Shown: in pieces, positions 48,677-58,410 of the stretch
How the letters are laid out: each line of letters starts with the position of its first letter
How positions within the stretch are numbered: position 1 is the stretch's first letter
Source: Leptonemataceae bacterium
Lineage (GTDB): Bacteria > Spirochaetota > Leptospiria > Leptospirales > Leptonemataceae
Direction: 5' to 3'
Length of the DNA stretch: 64,000 nt
NCBI GenBank assembly: GCA_965227295.1
Contig: OZ245742.1
Coordinates: 3,744,001-3,808,000 of the forward strand
Notes under the pieces: generated by a model
The model's input: only the letters and a program-made list of their open reading frames with translations
Told to the model about the DNA's origin: nothing
The model's database searches: none
Position numbers and translations under genes: made by a program

Positions 48677-50833
48677 ATGGCTCAGCTCGGGGAAATTCTG
48701 GTTCGTCACGGTGTCATTAGCCGGGACCAATTGATCGAAGCGTTGTACACGCAGCGGCGCATGAATGCGAACGCGTCTTTGTTGTCCGCGGCCGAGAAAT
48801 ACCTGGAAGCCGCCGAGCTCGAACGCATCATCGATCACCAACTCCACCGGGGACTAACTTTCGAAGAAGCAATATTAGATCTTGACGTGCTTTCGAAAAA
48901 ACGCGTATCGGAACTGCACCGGGAGCGCAAAGAGTTCCGCGTGCCGCTCGGAGAAATCCTGCGCCGCCGCGGCTTCCTTGATGTCGCGGAGCTGAACCGC
49001 TGGATCGAACGCTACGAAAACGAACGGGATGCCCGGGAAAATCCGGAACACCTGGCCGCGATGCTCCGCAGCATCGAAATCTTTGCAAAACTGGATGAAG
49101 CGTGCCGCCTGGAATTGTCTCAGAACGCCCACTGGAAATACTACGAGGCCGGGGATCTCATCTATGAAGAAGGCGATCCCGGCGATGCGATCTACGTTGT
49201 GGAATACGGCCTGGTCCGACTGACGACCCACGGCGCCCTGCACGACTCTCTGGAACTCGGCAGCGCGCGTTCCGGCGATCACTTCGGTTTGCCGGGGGCC
49301 CTGAGCGGACAGGATCGACTCGAACATGCGCAGGCACTCGTAAAGACCCGCTGCATTCGCATTATGGCGGAGGACCTGCAGGCCGTTCTCAGGCAACAAC
49401 CCGAGGCGGCCGTGAGTGCGGCGGAACTGCTCGGCCGGGATGTGCGTCATTACTTCGGCGGCATTCAGTCGAACGACATCCTCGTCGATACGAACGTCTA
49501 CACCCTCGTTTACGATAGTGTGCCGGACCACGACATTCTCAACGCACTCTTACAAGAACTTCGAGTGCAGCTTGAGGGTTCGGTGCAATTGTTGCATAAT
49601 CATCCCGACCTGGAACTCCCCTATTTCTCGGCCGAAGCCGGCTACGCCATGTTTGTTCCCCGTCTTTCTACGGCGGCGCACTTTCCACAGATCGTTCGTT
49701 GGATTCACGAGGAAAGCCGGCACATCGATCACCTGGTGTTTTTGATTTTTCCGGCGCAGTTCACACATACGGCGGAGGCCGCGGAACTGCTGACATTGCT
49801 GACAGCGAACAGCCGACGTACGCTGACGCTCACGAATTCAGTCAGGCCGTACTTCAACAACCTGCGCGGAGAACGTGATCGCGTGCAACTCCTGGTCGGC
49901 GATGACGTAGAACGTGATCGGGCGACCTATCTGGAATTATTGCACGTTTGTCCGGAAAGTCTCGCGCATATTAGCTTTAATAAAAAGTATCTTAACGAAA
50001 CAGCCCGGCGAACCGTCTCCGGATTCCTGGGCCGGGAGATCGCCCTCGTGCTCGGCGGCGGCGGCGCCAAAGGGGCCGCGCACATCGGTGTCCTCGAAGT
50101 ACTGGAGCGCGAAGGCATTGCGGTCGATCTGGGACTCGGCAGTAGTTCCGGTTGCGTCGTGGGCAGTCTCTGGGCGTACGGTTACGAACTCGACGAACTT
50201 CGCGAACGTTATGTGAAGGACCTGGGCAACCGCAGGGTTCGCTTTCCGGATTGGACTCTGCCTTTGCGCGGATCTCTGGCAAAAGGAGACGTGGGTCGCA
50301 AGTTTCTCTTAAAGCACATCGGGGAGATGTTTACGTTCGAGGGGCGGCGGCCGTTTCTGCCGGTATCCGTGGATCTCAAGCAGGGCGGTGATGTCGTTGT
50401 GCGCGGTTGTGAAATGTGGCGAGCCGCCTTCGCCTCCCAGGCCATTCCCGGACTACTACCCCTGGTCGAACACGACGGCATGATTCTCTCGGACGGTGCT
50501 CTGGGAAACAACGTGCCGTCGTCCCAGGCGCGTCGTTTCGGAGCGGACTTTGTAATCAGCGTAAACATCAGTCCCACACCCGCCGCGACTTCATTCAATC
50601 CGAAGTCCGTCGGCTCAAACATGTTGCGCGCCGTAGAAGTCATGATGCACCAGTCCACGTCCCGGCATCAGGATTTCACGGACGTCGAGATTCGGCCGCG
50701 GGTCTTCGAATACGGTATGTTCGATTTCGAGAAAACGGAGCTATTCATGGAACTCGGCCGGCGCGCCGCGGAAGAAAAGCTGCCCGAGCTGCGATTGCTT
50801 CTGGACCGACGTAAGACGATCACGCAACATTAA
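48677..50833 (+). CDS. Patatin-like phospholipase with N-terminal MshEN-like repeats and cNMP-binding domain
   Basis: LGEILVRHGVISRDQLIEALYTQ; IYEEGDPGDAIYVV..G; GGGGAKG, GSSSG, DGA. Confidence 0.88.
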   Translation: MAQLGEILVRHGVISRDQLIEALYTQRRMNANASLLSAAEKYLEAAELERIIDHQLHRGLTFEEAILDLDVLSKKRVSELHRERKEFRVPLGEILRRRGFLDVAELNRWIERYENERDARENPEHLAAMLRSIEIFAKLDEACRLELSQNAHWKYYEAGDLIYEEGDPGDAIYVVEYGLVRLTTHGALHDSLELGSARSGDHFGLPGALSGQDRLEHAQALVKTRCIRIMAEDLQAVLRQQPEAAVSAAELLGRDVRHYFGGIQSNDILVDTNVYTLVYDSVPDHDILNALLQELRVQLEGSVQLLHNHPDLELPYFSAEAGYAMFVPRLSTAAHFPQIVRWIHEESRHIDHLVFLIFPAQFTHTAEAAELLTLLTANSRRTLTLTNSVRPYFNNLRGERDRVQLLVGDDVERDRATYLELLHVCPESLAHISFNKKYLNETARRTVSGFLGREIALVLGGGGAKGAAHIGVLEVLEREGIAVDLGLGSSSGCVVGSLWAYGYELDELRERYVKDLGNRRVRFPDWTLPLRGSLAKGDVGRKFLLKHIGEMFTFEGRRPFLPVSVDLKQGGDVVVRGCEMWRAAFASQAIPGLLPLVEHDGMILSDGALGNNVPSSQARRFGADFVISVNISPTPAATSFNPKSVGSNMLRAVEVMMHQSTSRHQDFTDVEIRPRVFEYGMFDFEKTELFMELGRRAAEEKLPELRLLLDRRKTITQH

Positions 50834-50871
50834 GTACTTGCGAATCACGGGCGCGGGCGTTGAATAATGCC

Positions 50872-51663
50872 ATGACTTCCAGCGAAGTAAGGGGCGGAGC
50901 GGGCCGGGCCGCGTTGGTAACCGGCGGCGCGGTTCGTCTCGGTAGAGCTTTCAGCCTGGCCCTGGGACGAGCCGGCTACGACGTCGCGATCCATTACAAC
51001 AGCAGCGCCGGGGCCGCCGAGGAAACCGCCCAGGAAATTCGGAACCTCGGTCGCCGGAGTTACAGTTTCGCCTGCGACTTCAGCGTGGCCGGAGAGCGCG
51101 ACTTTGACGCCCTCCTGGATCGCGTGCTTAAAAAGCTCCCGAATTTCGACGTGCTCGTAAACAGCGCTTCGGTCTACGAACAGGGCGCCATAAAAAAGGT
51201 CGGTGCCGAAATCCTGGACCGCCAGTTCGCCGTTAACTTTCGCGCGCCGTATCTTATGACCCGTGCCTTCGCGGCGCGCATCGGCCGGGGAGACGTCGTC
51301 AACATCCTCGACAACAAGATTGCGTTTCATCAGTACCAGTACTCGGCGTATCTGCTTTCGAAAAAAGCCCTCGCCGATTTTACGAAGCTGGCCGCCGCCG
51401 AGTTCGCTCCGGAAATTCGCGTGAACGGCGTGGCCCCGGGCGTGGTCATGCCCATGGACAGTCGTACGTCGGACTATCTCGACTGGCGCGTGCAGGGCAT
51501 ACCGCTCGGTCGCCAGGGCAGCGCGGACGAAGTCACCGCCGCATTGTTGTATGCCCTCGATAACCGTTTCGTCACGGGACAGATACTCTTTGCGGACGGT
51601 GGTGAATCCCTGGGCGATCCCGGGCGCAACGCCGGCAATTTTCAGGACGGGGCGGGGCCATGA
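50872..51663 (+). CDS. SDR oxidoreductase, pteridine reductase/FolM-like
   Basis: TGGAVRLG, IHYNSS, YxxSK; overlaps folK. Confidence 0.85.
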   Translation: MTSSEVRGGAGRAALVTGGAVRLGRAFSLALGRAGYDVAIHYNSSAGAAEETAQEIRNLGRRSYSFACDFSVAGERDFDALLDRVLKKLPNFDVLVNSASVYEQGAIKKVGAEILDRQFAVNFRAPYLMTRAFAARIGRGDVVNILDNKIAFHQYQYSAYLLSKKALADFTKLAAAEFAPEIRVNGVAPGVVMPMDSRTSDYLDWRVQGIPLGRQGSADEVTAALLYALDNRFVTGQILFADGGESLGDPGRNAGNFQDGAGP

Positions 51664-52073
51664 CCTCGCCGGGTCATCGCGTGGTGCTCTCCGTGGGCTC
51701 GAACATCGATCCGGAGCGGAACGTCGAGCGTGCCGCGGAGATCCTGGATGCGGATCACGGCCTGGTCGCGCGTTCGCAATTTATCGTCACCGCTCCGGAT
51801 GGTTACCAGGATCAGGACGATTTTCTAAACGGCGCCTTTCTCGTGGAGACACAACTGAATTTCGACGCGTTCAATGCGTACTTGAAAGATGTCGAAAAAA
51901 AACTCGGCCGGGTGAAGGGTCCGATCAAGTCCGGTCCGCGGACCATGGACCTGGACATCATCATCTGGGACAGCAGCATCGTTCGGGATGAGTACTATAC
52001 CAAAGACTACACCCGTATCCCGGTGGACGAGATCCTGCATGAGCACGGCATTGAGGTCCGCCAGGAATCTTAA
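51660..52073 (+). CDS. folK: Hydroxymethyldihydropterin pyrophosphokinase
   Basis: VGSNI, FLNGA, GPRTMDLDI. Confidence 0.95.
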   Translation: MTSPGHRVVLSVGSNIDPERNVERAAEILDADHGLVARSQFIVTAPDGYQDQDDFLNGAFLVETQLNFDAFNAYLKDVEKKLGRVKGPIKSGPRTMDLDIIIWDSSIVRDEYYTKDYTRIPVDEILHEHGIEVRQES

Positions 52074-52090
52074 TCTATCTCGCTAAGATG

Positions 52091-52399
52091 TTAGCCGCCA
52101 AGAACCAGTCCACGAACGTGTTTTCCGAAGGTTTCGTAGGAAAGGCGCGTGGCGCCGGGCACATCCGTCTCTACCGCGTAGTCGAAAGAATTCGGATCCG
52201 ACAGGGGCACCGAGTAGACCGGGCAGCCGGAGTTCTGTAACTGTTCTACGATTGCTTCCTGGCCGGCAGGGGCGTAGACAGCGAGGGCCTTGCCTTCGAC
52301 GCCGGTACGGAGAATCGCGTGGAGTTTGACATCGTCCTTGAGTCGGGGAAGGGCATCGGCGGACAGAAGGATGCGCAGTGCCGGAGATTTACGTTGCAC
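52091..52399 (-). CDS. Hypothetical protein
   Basis: GAGG RBS; directly follows purC. Confidence 0.55.
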   Translation of the reverse strand: MQRKSPALRILLSADALPRLKDDVKLHAILRTGVEGKALAVYAPAGQEAIVEQLQNSGCPVYSVPLSDPNSFDYAVETDVPGATRLSYETFGKHVRGLVLGG

Positions 52400-52410
52400 G
52401 GGGAACCTCG

Positions 52411-53295
52411 TTAAGATAAAGCCGTTTCAATACGACGCTCAATTTCACGATAGAGTTGCACGGTTTTTTCGATTACCGGTGCCGGCAAGGCCGGCGGTGG
52501 TGGTTGTTTGTTCCAATCACTCTGTTCTAAGTAGTCACGCACGAACTGTTTGTCGTAGCCGGGCGGCGATGTCCCGATGCTGTAAGTGTCGGCGTTCCAG
52601 TAGCGGCTCGAGTCCGGCGTGAGCGCCTCGTCGATCAATACGATCTCGCCGTCCAGCAGGCCGAACTCGAACTTCGTGTCACAGAGTAGAATGTTCTGCG
52701 CGGCCATTTTTTCGGAGGCGAAACGGAAGATGGCCAGCGAGATTGTTGCCAGGCGTTCGGTCAGTTCTGAACCCACTGCGTTGCGCATTGTTTCTACAGT
52801 TACGTTCTCGTCGTGATTGCCGATCTCGGCCTTCGTCGCCGGCGTAAAGATGGGCTCCGGCAGTTGTTCCGCCTGCCGCAGGCCGGTCGGAAGCGTGTGT
52901 CCGCACACCGCTCCGTTCCGCTGATAATCCTTCCAGCCGGAACCGGCCAGATAACCCCGCACCACACATTCGAAGTCGATGCGTTCCGTGCGCCGGACAT
53001 GCACCGAACGTCCGGCCAGGTCCGGATGATTGCGAAAAGGATCCGGGAACGCGGCAACGTCGCCGGTGATCAGATGATCGCGAAAACGCAACTCGTCCAT
53101 GAGCCCGGAGGAACGCAGGGCCTCGAACCAACGTGTGGAGATCGCATTCAGGATGCGTCCCTTTTCCGGCACCGGTTCGCGAAAGACGACATCGAAGGCG
53201 GAAAGGCGATCGCTGGCGGCGATGATCATGGACTGCTCGTCCACGGCGTAGAGATCGCGGACCTTGCCGCGGTAGAAGGGTTCGGGAAGTTGCAT
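52411..53295 (-). CDS. purC: SAICAR synthetase
   Basis: GKVRDLY, SDRLSAFD, DTKFEFG, TPDSSR. Confidence 0.97.
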   Translation of the reverse strand: MQLPEPFYRGKVRDLYAVDEQSMIIAASDRLSAFDVVFREPVPEKGRILNAISTRWFEALRSSGLMDELRFRDHLITGDVAAFPDPFRNHPDLAGRSVHVRRTERIDFECVVRGYLAGSGWKDYQRNGAVCGHTLPTGLRQAEQLPEPIFTPATKAEIGNHDENVTVETMRNAVGSELTERLATISLAIFRFASEKMAAQNILLCDTKFEFGLLDGEIVLIDEALTPDSSRYWNADTYSIGTSPPGYDKQFVRDYLEQSDWNKQPPPPALPAPVIEKTVQLYREIERRIETALS

Positions 53296-53322
53296 GGGCT
53301 GTTAACTTTACTTGATGAAAGA

Positions 53323-53853
53323 TTAGATCATGAAGTGTCTTGTGGGATCGGGCTGGGCCTCCAGGAATTTCCGGCGGGTGCTGTTGACGCGCCGCGCCGT
53401 GGCGAGCAGGCTGAATTCGGCGCCGTCCGTACTCATAGTGCCGGGGCACTCTTTCGCCGTGGCTTCCAGCCCGGAGCGATCGGCGAACGTGGACGGCCAG
53501 AACGGGAACGAGCGACATTGGAGGGGGCGTACCGGGTAAATCGTGCAGCGATTGTCGTTGCCCAGGAATCGACAGGCCCCCGCGGTACGATGCACGAGAT
53601 AACCGTTCTCTTCGCCCTGAACGACGAGTCGCCGCAGACGGGCCTGTTCTTCGCCGCGTAGCTCTAAATAGCGGAACACGGCGTTCAGCTCGTCCGGGGT
53701 AAAAAAAACGCTTCCGGGGCCGCGGCAGCAGTTCCCGCAGCTTGTGCAGCGAAAGCGAAAGGCCTCGCCGTCCACCACGTGCCGCAGCTCTCTCGCCGTC
53801 CGATCACGAAAGAGAGGATCGTCCACGCGAACTTGTCTCGCAGCCGCCGTCAT
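53323..53853 (-). CDS. YkgJ-family cysteine-cluster protein
   Basis: CTSCGNCC, CRFL...CTIYPVRPLQCRSFPFW, CPG. Confidence 0.88.
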   Translation of the reverse strand: MTAAARQVRVDDPLFRDRTARELRHVVDGEAFRFRCTSCGNCCRGPGSVFFTPDELNAVFRYLELRGEEQARLRRLVVQGEENGYLVHRTAGACRFLGNDNRCTIYPVRPLQCRSFPFWPSTFADRSGLEATAKECPGTMSTDGAEFSLLATARRVNSTRRKFLEAQPDPTRHFMI

Positions 53854-53939
53854 GCTGCAAGTGTTTCTCGAACGCGGGTCGCCGGGGGATTTTTTCCGGA
53901 ATTCGCTCATGAAAATGTCCGATTCGGGCGAATCATGGA

Positions 53940-55703
53940 ATGATGAACCTCTTTGGTGCAACTCTGGGCGGCATGCGGACCGCCGTGATTGAGCAGGGCG
54001 CAGGCGCCGCTGACAGCATTGCGCAGGGCATGCAGAATGTCTCCACCGCCGGCCTGGCCGGCAGTACCGGCGCAAGTTTTCTGAGTCATCTCCAGCAGTC
54101 GGCGGCCCCGGCGCAAAAGCCCCCGGAGAAACCGGCGGAACGTGCGCCGGAAGAAGTGCCGGACGATCGCAAAGCGGATAACGCGCAGGACCGCCGCAGC
54201 GAAGAGAGCCGTCGTTCGGACGAACAGGCGCCGGGCACCGACCAGGCCCGTGATGATCGCGAAGTGCGTGATGCTCGCGAGGCGCGTGAAAATCGTGAAG
54301 CCCGTGAAAATCGCGAGGCACGTGAAAATCGTGAAGCCCGTGAGGAGCGCCGGACAGAAGAGAAGGCCGGTGATTCCGAATCCCGGAAGGCCGGAGAGCA
54401 GCAGGACGAGCAACGAGCGGTCGCCGAAGAACGGTCGGACCGACGCAATCATAAGAACGAAGACGAAGCGACGCCGGCGAAGGACGCCTCTGTCCAGCAG
54501 GATGGAAATGACGGTCGCAAGAAGTCCGTACGAGTCGCCGAAGATGCTCAGGACGCTCCGAAGGTCGTAAAGAACGAAGATCAACCGGCGGCGCAGGCTC
54601 CGAAGCAGGACGACGGCAAGGTGCTCCTTCGCATGCGCGGTCGTATGGCCGGTGAAGAGCAGAACGCGGAACCACACAACGAAAAAGCCGGTCGCGCAAA
54701 AGAAGGCGAGGCGGGTCTTGCGCCCGCGGCCAAAGACGTACCGACTGCCACCGCACCGAATCAGCGCGAGAAGATTCTGGACGCCGTGAAGGCCGAGCTC
54801 GCCGCAAAAACGGAACGCGAGCAGGCCGGCAAACAAGAACGGGCCGGCGAAGAGCGCAAAGCCGACACATCGCGGCGCGAACGCATTGAGCTCGACCCGA
54901 CTAAGTGGAACATTCACGGACGCGTGCAACGCGAAGGCAATACGTCGAATCAGAACGGTAGTACGATCGAAGCGCGCCTTGAAGCCATGATGCGCGAGTA
55001 TGCCGGCAAAGCAGCGAACGCAAACTCCAAATCGAAGGGAGAAGGCCGCGGGGATCGTGAAGGCGGCGAACAATCGAATCGCGGCGGCAGCCCGGTGCGG
55101 GCGAACATCAACGATCTCGGCACTTTTGCCAACGCCGTGAACGCCGACGCCACGGACGCTTTGAGCGCGAGCCGGCAAAAAGAACAACTCGTCCAGGATA
55201 ACCGGCGGCTGTTCAACGAACTCGTACAAAAAGCGAAAGTCAACGTGCAGGCCAACGGCAACTCCACGGCGAGCATCCGCATGAATCCGGAGGCCCTGGG
55301 GCGCATGACTTTGAACTTAGAAGTGCATCGCAATCAGGTACACGCCCGCATCGTAGTCGAGACAGACGCCGCGCGCAAGATGCTGATGGACGAGATGGAT
55401 CACCTGCGCCAGGAACTGGGTCGCCAGGGCATCCAGGTGGAGAGCCTGAGCATCCGCGTGCGGGAGCCGGGTTCATCGCAGTTCGGCAGCATGCAGGGTG
55501 ACGGTCAACGTCACGGCGGCGAAAGCATCGACGCCCGTTCCGGTGACAGCTCCGGGGATCGAGCACAGGACCGCGAAGAAAGCGGTAGTGACGATGTGAG
55601 CTTACGCCGGGAACAGGCCGCCGGGGACTACGACGAGCACGGTTCGGTAACGTCCGATGTGCGTGCGCGCCTGGAAGACCTGGCCGTAAATATCAGCGTA
55701 TAA
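53940..55703 (+). CDS. fliK: Flagellar hook-length control protein
   Basis: Disordered N-terminus; C-terminal IRMNPEALGRM; precedes flgD-flgE. Confidence 0.88.
   Translation: MMNLFGATLGGMRTAVIEQGAGAADSIAQGMQNVSTAGLAGSTGASFLSHLQQSAAPAQKPPEKPAERAPEEVPDDRKADNAQDRRSEESRRSDEQAPGTDQARDDREVRDAREARENREARENREARENREAREERRTEEKAGDSESRKAGEQQDEQRAVAEERSDRRNHKNEDEATPAKDASVQQDGNDGRKKSVRVAEDAQDAPKVVKNEDQPAAQAPKQDDGKVLLRMRGRMAGEEQNAEPHNEKAGRAKEGEAGLAPAAKDVPTATAPNQREKILDAVKAELAAKTEREQAGKQERAGEERKADTSRRERIELDPTKWNIHGRVQREGNTSNQNGSTIEARLEAMMREYAGKAANANSKSKGEGRGDREGGEQSNRGGSPVRANINDLGTFANAVNADATDALSASRQKEQLVQDNRRLFNELVQKAKVNVQANGNSTASIRMNPEALGRMTLNLEVHRNQVHARIVVETDAARKMLMDEMDHLRQELGRQGIQVESLSIRVREPGSSQFGSMQGDGQRHGGESIDARSGDSSGDRAQDREESGSDDVSLRREQAAGDYDEHGSVTSDVRARLEDLAVNISV
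54276..54347 (+). repeat. 18-bp in-frame tandem repeat (REAREN x4)
   Basis: Alternating CGCGAGGCRCGTGAAAAT / CGTGAAGCCCGTGA... units. Confidence 0.9.
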
Positions 55704-55737
55704 CTATTACTGAAACAAATTTAGCAGGCTACACGAT

Positions 55738-56472
55738 ATGCCCGAAAACACGATTCTCAGCACAGAACAGGCCCGGCAGAACTACCTGGGCCAGGACCGT
55801 TCCGTTAATCTCCAGAAAAACCTGGACGAACAAAAGAAGGTCCAGGAGAGCGGCCTGCAGGACATCGAGATCCGCAAGACGGCGAAGAACCTCGGCAAAG
55901 ATGACTTCCTGCAACTGTTGATCACGCAGTTGACCTATCAGGATCCGACGTCTCCGGTAAAGGATCAGCAGTTCATCGCGCAGATGGCGCAGTTTTCCTC
56001 TCTCGAACAGATGCAGAACATGGCCACGGCCGTGAACCGCATGGCCGATCGCCAGGGGCAAAATCTCATCGGCAAGTTTATCGTCGGTAAAGATTACGTT
56101 ACCGGCGACCAGGTCTCCGGCGTTGCCGGTGCTTTCTTCTTTGATGATCAGGGCGACGCCTTCTTGAAAGTGGGCGGCCGGGCTATGTCCGTGAAGGACG
56201 TCGTGCTCGTCGGCGATCCTTCGCAATTCAAGAAAGAGGTCGGTGGAACCGGCGAAGCCCCGGCAGCGAACAATGCGGCGAAGACGCAGACCGGTTCCGG
56301 CTGGGCTCCCGCCGCGGAAGCCGCGGAGCAGCAGCCTGGGGCGGAGCCGGAACAAAAGCAAACCGAGCAGAAAAAAGCCGCCGCCGGTACGGCCTACGAA
56401 AGGAACCTGGCCCCCGCAATGAACGACGGCGGTGCGGAAAAAGCCGCTCCCGGCGGGACGGAAAGGCAATAA
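55738..56472 (+). CDS. flgD: Flagellar hook capping protein
   Basis: LGKDDFLQLLITQL..QDP, AQMAQFSSLEQ. Confidence 0.95.
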   Translation: MPENTILSTEQARQNYLGQDRSVNLQKNLDEQKKVQESGLQDIEIRKTAKNLGKDDFLQLLITQLTYQDPTSPVKDQQFIAQMAQFSSLEQMQNMATAVNRMADRQGQNLIGKFIVGKDYVTGDQVSGVAGAFFFDDQGDAFLKVGGRAMSVKDVVLVGDPSQFKKEVGGTGEAPAANNAAKTQTGSGWAPAAEAAEQQPGAEPEQKQTEQKKAAAGTAYERNLAPAMNDGGAEKAAPGGTERQ

Positions 56473-56574
56473 CAATCGTAAAGATTATCGAAATAATCCC
56501 GAACCTATAAACACAAACACACGAATGTCGGTCACACAAGAATTTTCAAAGAGCACACAGGGGTACCTTAAGTT

Positions 56575-57966
56575 ATGATGCGATCGCTTTATTCCGGCGT
56601 TTCCGGTCTGAAAAACCACCAGACCCGCATGGACGTAATCGGAAACAACGTTTCGAACGTGAACACGCACGGCTTCAAGATGGAGCGCGTTACGTTCATG
56701 GATATGATTTCCCAGTCGATGGCCGGCGCTTCCGAGCCCCGGGAAAACATCGGCGGGATCAACCCGCAGCAGGTCGGCCTGGGGATGATGGTCGCTTCGA
56801 TCGACAAGATCATGACCCAGGGCTCGCTGCAAACCACCGGCAAGAACACCGACGTCGCGGTGTCCGGCGACGGTTTTTTCATTATCAAAGACGGCGACAA
56901 GGAGTTCTACACTCGCGCCGGCCAATTCAACGTGGACCGCGACGGTTTCTATGTGCATCCCGGCACCGGCCTGCGTGTACAGGGCTGGAACGCTCGTGAC
57001 GACGAGGACGGCAACAAGTTCATTAACTCCTCCTCGTCGTTGGAAAGCATTCGCATCCCCATCTACTCCAAGAAGCCTGCTAAGGCAACCCAGGAAGTAG
57101 TTTACGAATCAAACTTAAACCAGAGCGTGGAAGCGGTGCCGCCGGACGCCACTGAAGAAGACATTCAGCGTTATCTCACGGGCCCCATGCGGGACCGCCG
57201 CGGCCACGTGACGACCATCAACGTCTACGATCCCCAGGGCAACGAACACGAACTGCGCCTGGAGATGTACAAAACCGGTGAAAACCGCTGGCAGGTCCGC
57301 ACCTCGATGGAAGACGCCACGAACGTATCGGCGAACGTGATCGGCCCGGGCGGTCAGGACACGGCCATCGGCGGCAGCAACACCTTCGAGATGGGCTTTA
57401 CCTCGGACGGCCGCATCATCTCGGTCTCCGACGGCGTGGACACCGCGAACAGTGGACAGCTCGACGTGCAGCTCTCGTTCCGTATTGCCGGTAACCCGGA
57501 GACTCAGACCGTGCGCCTGAACATGGGCGAAGCCGGCGCGATGGAAGGCGTTACACAGTTCGCCTCGGACTTCACGACCCGCGCGCGTTCGCAAGACGGT
57601 TATCCCATGGGATACCTGGAGAGCTTCGCCATCGATAACACGGGCACGATCACCGGCACGTACTCCAACGGTGTGAAGGAACCCCTGGCGCGCATAGCGC
57701 TCGCGAACTTCACGAACCCGGCCGGTCTTACGAAAGAGGGCGAAACGAAGTTCAGCTACTCCATCAACTCAGGCGACCCGATCATCGGCGAAGCCGGAGT
57801 CGCCGGCCGCGGCAAGATCAACGCCGGCCTGCTGGAGATGTCGAACGTCGACCTCGCCGAGCAGTTCACCGACATGATCGTCACGCAACGCGGCTTCCAG
57901 GCCAACTCCCGGACGATCACGACGAGTGATCAGATGATCCAGGAAGTGCTGGGACTCAAACGATAA
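56575..57966 (+). CDS. flgE: Flagellar hook protein
   Basis: [33 protein letters not shown]. Confidence 0.97.
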   Translation: MMRSLYSGVSGLKNHQTRMDVIGNNVSNVNTHGFKMERVTFMDMISQSMAGASEPRENIGGINPQQVGLGMMVASIDKIMTQGSLQTTGKNTDVAVSGDGFFIIKDGDKEFYTRAGQFNVDRDGFYVHPGTGLRVQGWNARDDEDGNKFINSSSSLESIRIPIYSKKPAKATQEVVYESNLNQSVEAVPPDATEEDIQRYLTGPMRDRRGHVTTINVYDPQGNEHELRLEMYKTGENRWQVRTSMEDATNVSANVIGPGGQDTAIGGSNTFEMGFTSDGRIISVSDGVDTANSGQLDVQLSFRIAGNPETQTVRLNMGEAGAMEGVTQFASDFTTRARSQDGYPMGYLESFAIDNTGTITGTYSNGVKEPLARIALANFTNPAGLTKEGETKFSYSINSGDPIIGEAGVAGRGKINAGLLEMSNVDLAEQFTDMIVTQRGFQANSRTITTSDQMIQEVLGLKR

Positions 57967-57992
57967 GTTAACGTAACTTAGCTACCCATCGG

Positions 57993-58039
57993 AAACGGGG
58001 AGTGCTTTGGTCGAAAAGATCAGGCGCTTCCCGTTTTTT
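57993..58039 (+). terminator. Rho-independent terminator after flgE
   Basis: Long stem AAACGGGGAGTGC...GCGCTTCCCGTTT followed by a T tract. Confidence 0.75.
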
Positions 58040-58112
58040 CGTTGGTGGTTTTGTCCCATTCGTAACTTTCGAGATTCTACTTTCGCCCACTTTGATTTAA
58101 GCTTTTCCATTT

Positions 58113-58274
58113 GGGCGTTCCCCTCCGCGCTTCGCGCTTAGAGGGGAGCAACTGCCGCAGCCCCGACCAGCGGGGCTTTGGCGGTCGCGCTTTCCGGGAC
58201 TCCGCTTTCGCTACGGTCTCAGCCGCTCCGCGTCTGAGACTGGCCCTTCGGGCCATCCCTCCAATCGCTAACGC
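58113..58274 (+). repeat. Structured repeat copy D (extended)
   Basis: GGGCGTT...GCGCTTTCC...CAATCGCTAACGC. Confidence 0.75.
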
Positions 58275-58344
58275 AAGAACCGCGCCCACCCACCACCTTG
58301 AATCCTCTCTTCCTCGGTGGTAAAATCCGATCTCACGACCGCAC

Positions 58345-58384
58345 AAAAAAACCCCGGGACTCTCGCATCCCGGGGTTCGTTTTT
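58345..58384 (-). terminator. Terminator after pckA (possibly bidirectional)
   Basis: A-tract then ACCCCGGGA-loop-TCCCGGGGT. Confidence 0.8.
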
Positions 58385-58410
58385 GAACTGCTAAACTGGA
58401 GGAGTGGAGA

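Noticed and set aside
48677..50833. CBASS/Pycsar defence system
   Set aside because: No CD-NTase or cyclase nearby; neighbours are housekeeping genes
53854..54870. Long N-terminal extension of the YkgJ-family ORF
   Set aside because: Overlaps fliK antisense; real start is probably near 53853
58077..58346. Short ORFs over repeat copy D, and 61458-61805
   Set aside because: Translations of structured repeats with no RBS or protein motifs
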